Shown here piece by piece: positions 59,569 through 64,000 of a stretch of 64,000 nt of DNA. This DNA comes from Candidatus Helarchaeota archaeon. GTDB taxonomy: Archaea; Asgardarchaeota; Lokiarchaeia; Helarchaeales; RDOG01. A program made the translations under genes and the position numbers. The notes under the pieces were generated by a model. The model did no database searches. It was not told where the DNA came from and saw only the letters and a list, made by a program, of their open reading frames with translations. Every line of letters starts with the position of its first letter. Within the stretch, counting starts at the first letter, position 1. The stretch spans positions 213,566 through 277,565 of the forward strand of contig JAHPZH010000001.1 of NCBI GenBank assembly GCA_019058315.1, given 5' to 3'.

Positions 59569-60840
59569 TTATATTATTGGTAATAAATTGATACCTTCTG
59601 GTACAACATAAACAGATTTTTTCGAGCCATCATCTAGTAATTTAACTGCTTCTTCAAAATTTTTGGTATATTGAAGTCCTATTTGCTTTAATTCTTCCTT
59701 ATATTGCTCTTGAGTTATAATTATAATTCTTTTTTGTTTAATTTTTGTAAACAAATAAAGAACACAAGCTTCTCCAGGAAGCTCACCTTTTTTTAATAGT
59801 GCTAATAATTCTGCAACTTTTAGGTTCTTTAAAAGTAATTCTTTAAAAGTTTCTGAAGCTGAAATTCCATTTTCTGCAGTTATAAAACAAATAATAGTCC
59901 CATTTTCTTTTGTTAACAAATCTGCTACAAAAAGAGCTTTTAATCCTTTTCCAATAGTTTTATATCGTGGATAGGAAGTTATTATACAGATATCAGCTTT
60001 ATCTTGAATTTCTATTCCATAATGGTCTTTAAAAGAATCTGCACCTTTTTTATGTGCTTCTTTATAATTTCCTGTAAAAACCTCAAATATGTTTCCATAA
60101 TTATCAAGCATTACATTAACGATAAAATCAAGATTTACAAATTTTGCAGCTTCTTCCATGTCCAGTCTAACTTGATTGCCTTCTAAATTACCAAAATATG
60201 AATTGCTATTAATCTTAAATAATAATGAATGATTCAATCTTATAGTTTTTCTTGATGCTACCCCAGGAACTATAATTGCTGCACCTCCACTGAATCCGGT
60301 TAATTCATGAGGCATTATTGTCCCTAATGAAATAATGAAATCTGCATTTACAACTTTTTTATTTATTTCAACTGGCACTTTTGATGTTGTAGTTCCTAAA
60401 AGTTTAAAATCTTTATCTGGATTATGAATAAAAAAAGGGAATTTATCTGGTAAATCTTTAAATTTTGCCTTGATTTCTCGATCATTAGGGGCTGGATGAA
60501 GTCCCTTTCCTACAATTATTTTAATATTGTGATTAGAAATGCCACAATCATTTAATTTTTTAACTAAGATGGAAATTAAATCGTAAACTGGAGTTGGTCT
60601 TGTCTGATCATCAGAAATAATAACAACATTTTTCTTATTTTTTAATAATTCTTCTAATTTTTTTGTTCCAAAGGGGTTATTTAACGAACTTTTAATCACA
60701 TCTGGAATATATCTTTTAGGTCTGTAATACCTAGGAATTAATTCTTGTAGAACTATCCAATTATCAGGAATTTGGATAGAAATATTATTTTTTTCATTTA
60801 ATTTTATGTCAAAATTCTGCTTCTGATCCATTTCAATCAT
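59569..60840 (-). CDS. larA: Nickel-pincer-dependent lactate racemase (LarA) family protein
   Basis: DQTRPTP, GLH, HNPD, PHELTGFSGG..IVPGVA, NH, KGL. ATG at 60840 overlaps the upstream stop; the ORF-track start at 60915 lies inside the upstream gene. Confidence 0.85.
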   Translation of the reverse strand: MIEMDQKQNFDIKLNEKNNISIQIPDNWIVLQELIPRYYRPKRYIPDVIKSSLNNPFGTKKLEELLKNKKNVVIISDDQTRPTPVYDLISILVKKLNDCGISNHNIKIIVGKGLHPAPNDREIKAKFKDLPDKFPFFIHNPDKDFKLLGTTTSKVPVEINKKVVNADFIISLGTIMPHELTGFSGGAAIIVPGVASRKTIRLNHSLLFKINSNSYFGNLEGNQVRLDMEEAAKFVNLDFIVNVMLDNYGNIFEVFTGNYKEAHKKGADSFKDHYGIEIQDKADICIITSYPRYKTIGKGLKALFVADLLTKENGTIICFITAENGISASETFKELLLKNLKVAELLALLKKGELPGEACVLYLFTKIKQKRIIIITQEQYKEELKQIGLQYTKNFEEAVKLLDDGSKKSVYVVPEGINLLPII

Positions 60841-61159
60841 TTTCTGCATATGCTTTTTGAGTATATTTGCCACATTTTTCGCAAAATACTTCGCAATCCC
60901 AATATCTATCTCCACTCATGGGATGTACACTAAATTGCGCGGCAATTATCTTCACACCCTTATTCCCACAATGAGCACATCCAAACTTACGAATAAAACG
61001 CTTTAACGGATGTTTCTCCCAAGCTATACCGGTTCCTTTATACCAAGTTTTACCTGATTCTCTAATTTCTTCACATGGTTTATTGTATCTTTTTTTATAA
61101 TCCTTCTCTATTAATCGAGGTTCATCATTTACCCATTCATACATAAAAATCAGTCCCAT
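60833..61159 (-). CDS. Zn-ribbon hypothetical protein (paralogue 2)
   Basis: CAHC...CEKC; ends AYAEND; highly similar to 61170..61502. Confidence 0.85.
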   Translation of the reverse strand: MGLIFMYEWVNDEPRLIEKDYKKRYNKPCEEIRESGKTWYKGTGIAWEKHPLKRFIRKFGCAHCGNKGVKIIAAQFSVHPMSGDRYWDCEVFCEKCGKYTQKAYAEND

Positions 61160-61169
61160 TTTTAGTTAT

Positions 61170-61502
61170 TTAATCATTTTCGGCATAAGCACGCTTTGTG
61201 TATTTGCCACAATCCTCACAATATAATTCACAATCCCAATATGAATCCCCACTGTGATATGAAACCGACCACTGTGCTGCGATAATTTTCGTGTTTTTAC
61301 TTTCACAATTCTTACATTCAGTGCCTGCCCACTCAGGGATATATCCCTTTAAAGGATGATCTTTCCATTCAACTCCTGTACCTAAATACCAATCTTGACC
61401 ATATCTATGAATTTCTTTAATAGGTTCTTTATATTTCGTTTTATAATCCTTTTCAATTAACTGTGGCTCGTCATGAACCCATGACCAGGTCATATAAGTC
61501 AC
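61170..61502 (-). CDS. Zn-ribbon hypothetical protein (paralogue 1)
   Basis: CKNC...CEDC; ends AYAEND. Confidence 0.85.
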   Translation of the reverse strand: MTYMTWSWVHDEPQLIEKDYKTKYKEPIKEIHRYGQDWYLGTGVEWKDHPLKGYIPEWAGTECKNCESKNTKIIAAQWSVSYHSGDSYWDCELYCEDCGKYTKRAYAEND

Positions 61503-61571
61503 TTCGTTCCAGTTATCTAATCTTAATATAAAAAATAAAAAAAGGGATAATATTTAATTTATTCTATATTT

Positions 61572-63482
61572 TCACTGAATAAACTTTGCTTCTTTTTCTA
61601 ATCCAAGTTCTTTTAATCTTTCCACTGTAGGATATCCTTTTGCATCCCATTTATTTTCCTTAAAATATTCTTGCAATTGTGTTTCAATATCAGGGACGAC
61701 ATTTGCAGTAGAACCGGTTTTAAGAGGTTCCAGTAATTTCTTAGGTAATACATCGTCTTTTGCGCTTATTCCACATCTAATATTATATAATCTCTTGAGT
61801 GTGTTTATTCTTCCACCGCATTTGTAAATGAGATCTTTAAAGTCATAATCAAATTTGGGTCCTGCTGTGGCTTTTAATAAACGACAAGTATCAGTTGAAC
61901 CATAAACCAGTGCTGCGAATTGACAAACGATTATCGAGTTGAAAATGGCGTGGACTTCTTGTATCTTCTTATCAATGATGCCTTTGCCTTTATTTACAAA
62001 TCTACTGGTTTTATAAGAAATACCTAGAACCGGAAGTATCATTCCTTGCGAAACTGAACTTGGCAAACCATTCACATGACATGCGCCTCGATTTGAAGTT
62101 GCGTATTGTACGCCCATTGAGACAAAAGCTCTAGGATCATGAGCTGGTACTTCCAAACCTTTGACTTGAATTGCGTAATCTGATGAATTCTTGCCTATCT
62201 CTTCCGCTGCTTTGCGAGTTCCCTCAGCTAATACTTTCCCAAAACCCTCTTTTTTAGCGATCAATTCAGTTAATTTGACGATAGCTTCAGCATTTCCCCA
62301 TGTAAGGTCCAAGCCGCCAGTATCCTCCTTTGTAATTATTCCTTTTTCGTATAAGTCCATTGCGAATGATATTGTTCCACCTACTGAAATAGTATCTAGT
62401 CCATATCTATTACAAATATCATTGGCTTTACAAATGGATTCTAAATTATCATTTAAACAATTTGTACCCAACATTGCCAAAGTCTCGTATTCGGGAGCAT
62501 GTCCCTTTATACCTTTGTATGGTCCTTCATCAACCTCTATCTCGCATCCACAAGCTATGCTACAGCCATAACACGCATATAATCGCTTTTTATATTTGTC
62601 TCTAAGTGAACTTCCTGCTAGACGATTTGTTAATATAAAAGGTTCAATACCTTTTTCATCAGCCCAATCGTGAACGGAAGCTCCCCAATTTTTAAAGGGT
62701 ATATCACCAAGAACCCAGAACGCGTCTAGAAACGTCGCAGTGCCATATGATTTAAGTATATTAACCATAGGACTCATATTCATTTTACTATACAGACTTT
62801 TATTTGCTTTTTTAAGTAAATCTTTGTCAGCAATCTCTACTTTATTGGTGCCTCTACATGCGATTGCTTTAAGCTTTTTCGATCCCATTACTGCTCCCAT
62901 TCCAGTTCTTCCAGCAGCTCTTCCCAAGTCATTTATAACTGCTGCCATTTTAACTTGTTTTTCACCAGCAGGTCCTATAGAAGCAGTTCTAATTTTATTA
63001 TCACCCAATTCCTTTTGGATTTTAGCTTCTGTCTCAAAGGTATCTATACCCCAAAGTGAGCTTGCATTTTTTAATTCGACTTCTCCATCGTGAATCCATA
63101 AATATTTCGGGGCCTCAGCTATTCCCTCAATGATGACACCATCAAATCCCGAAAATTTCAACTCAGGTCCCCAAAAACCGCCACTACATGCCTCACCAAA
63201 AATATTTGTCAAAGGAGATTTAGCTGCTACCATATATCTTCCAGTACTTGGAGAGGGAGTTCCTACAAGTGGACCTGTGAAAAAACAAAGTTTATTTTGT
63301 TCTGACAAGGCATCAATTTCGGGTGGTACTTCATCGTATATGTATTTAATCCCAAAACCAGAACCTCCTATATAATCTCTAGCGAAGTCTAGATCTAAAT
63401 CTTCAATTTTAATATCATCAGATGATAAATTTACTCTAATTATTTTGCCGATATAACCCGTTATATTTCCCAACAAGATCAC
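61572..63482 (-). CDS. aor: Tungsten-dependent aldehyde:ferredoxin oxidoreductase family protein
   Basis: KSPLT, IGPAGE, AAGRTGMGAVMGSKKLKA, CYGCSIAC, PEYET, GLDTIS, HDPR, RGACH. Confidence 0.93.
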   Translation of the reverse strand: MILLGNITGYIGKIIRVNLSSDDIKIEDLDLDFARDYIGGSGFGIKYIYDEVPPEIDALSEQNKLCFFTGPLVGTPSPSTGRYMVAAKSPLTNIFGEACSGGFWGPELKFSGFDGVIIEGIAEAPKYLWIHDGEVELKNASSLWGIDTFETEAKIQKELGDNKIRTASIGPAGEKQVKMAAVINDLGRAAGRTGMGAVMGSKKLKAIACRGTNKVEIADKDLLKKANKSLYSKMNMSPMVNILKSYGTATFLDAFWVLGDIPFKNWGASVHDWADEKGIEPFILTNRLAGSSLRDKYKKRLYACYGCSIACGCEIEVDEGPYKGIKGHAPEYETLAMLGTNCLNDNLESICKANDICNRYGLDTISVGGTISFAMDLYEKGIITKEDTGGLDLTWGNAEAIVKLTELIAKKEGFGKVLAEGTRKAAEEIGKNSSDYAIQVKGLEVPAHDPRAFVSMGVQYATSNRGACHVNGLPSSVSQGMILPVLGISYKTSRFVNKGKGIIDKKIQEVHAIFNSIIVCQFAALVYGSTDTCRLLKATAGPKFDYDFKDLIYKCGGRINTLKRLYNIRCGISAKDDVLPKKLLEPLKTGSTANVVPDIETQLQEYFKENKWDAKGYPTVERLKELGLEKEAKFIQ

Positions 63483-64000
63483 CTTTCCACATATTCGGTC
63501 ATATCAATTCTATTAGGATTTCTTTTAAATCCACCATCTTCTGCATTTGGATTGGGAAGTGGATTTTTTAAGGCATATAACCTTCTCAACACACGTCCAG
63601 CAATACCACTATCTGGGAGTAGACCACCTTCCTCCATTTTAGGAACTTCTTGAGGAATAACATTTCGAAGCCTATATTCTTTGATACCTAATCCGTTTTT
63701 TACTGCAGACATGATTTGAATGTTTTCGCTTACTCCTACTAAAGAACCACAAGCTGCCATTTTAGGAATTCCTGCGTTAATGACATCTTTTGACTCAGCT
63801 ACACTATTCGGAGTTCCCTCGGATTCTGTGATTGCATCGAGACAAGCAACATCTATTGCTACAGGATCTCCTACAGATGCGAATATGCCGATATTTGGAA
63901 CTATTGGAACATCGGTCCATGGTATACAATCACACCAAGGACTAACATCGATAGCCATATTGATAAAACCCACGTTCTCTTTACCTACTAAGTTCATAAA
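63479..64000 (-). CDS. DUF362-family Fe-S protein, C-terminal part (truncated by the window)
   Basis: DVSPWCDC...PIVPNIGIFAS..DPVAIDVACLD; 4-bp overlap with aor. Confidence 0.8.
   Translation of the reverse strand, partial: FMNLVGKENVGFINMAIDVSPWCDCIPWTDVPIVPNIGIFASVGDPVAIDVACLDAITESEGTPNSVAESKDVINAGIPKMAACGSLVGVSENIQIMSAVKNGLGIKEYRLRNVIPQEVPKMEEGGLLPDSGIAGRVLRRLYALKNPLPNPNAEDGGFKRNPNRIDMTEYVER

Noticed and set aside
60841-60915. N-terminal extension of LarA in the ORF track
   Set aside because: Lies inside the conserved Zn-ribbon gene; ATG at 60840 or 60831 gives a normal coupled start.

Overview
AT-rich archaeal window, most consistent with an Asgard archaeon (Lokiarchaeia/Helarchaeales-like). 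This is inferred from gene content: Arf/Rag-like and Rab-like small GTPases, several longin/roadblock-like proteins, RING-type zinc fingers, an ESCRT-II Vps22/36-like gene, RPA, GGGP synthase, AOR and very large sequon-rich surface proteins. About 50 CDS are supported. I saw no rRNA, tRNA, CRISPR array or transposase. Most notable: (i) a 4-gene operon coupling an SPFH/Band-7 protein to an ESCRT-II-like subunit and a RING/double-zinc-ribbon protein (35.4-38.2 kb); (ii) a 4-gene cluster encoding a Pro-rich CDC48-N-like/vWA protein, a degenerate FGase-like protein, a GCS2-type carboxylate-amine ligase and an amidohydrolase (0-6 kb); (iii) GGGP synthase clustered with two predicted prenol/prenyl-phosphate kinases; (iv) receptor-like surface proteins with cytoplasmic longin or Zn-ribbon tails, and a pre-TM 'hydrophobic-xxED' motif shared by three surface proteins; (v) tandem Zn-ribbon paralogues inside a DUF362-AOR-LarA operon; (vi) a 53-aa Zn-finger microprotein absent from the ORF track. 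All family calls come from motif recognition by eye, not database searches.
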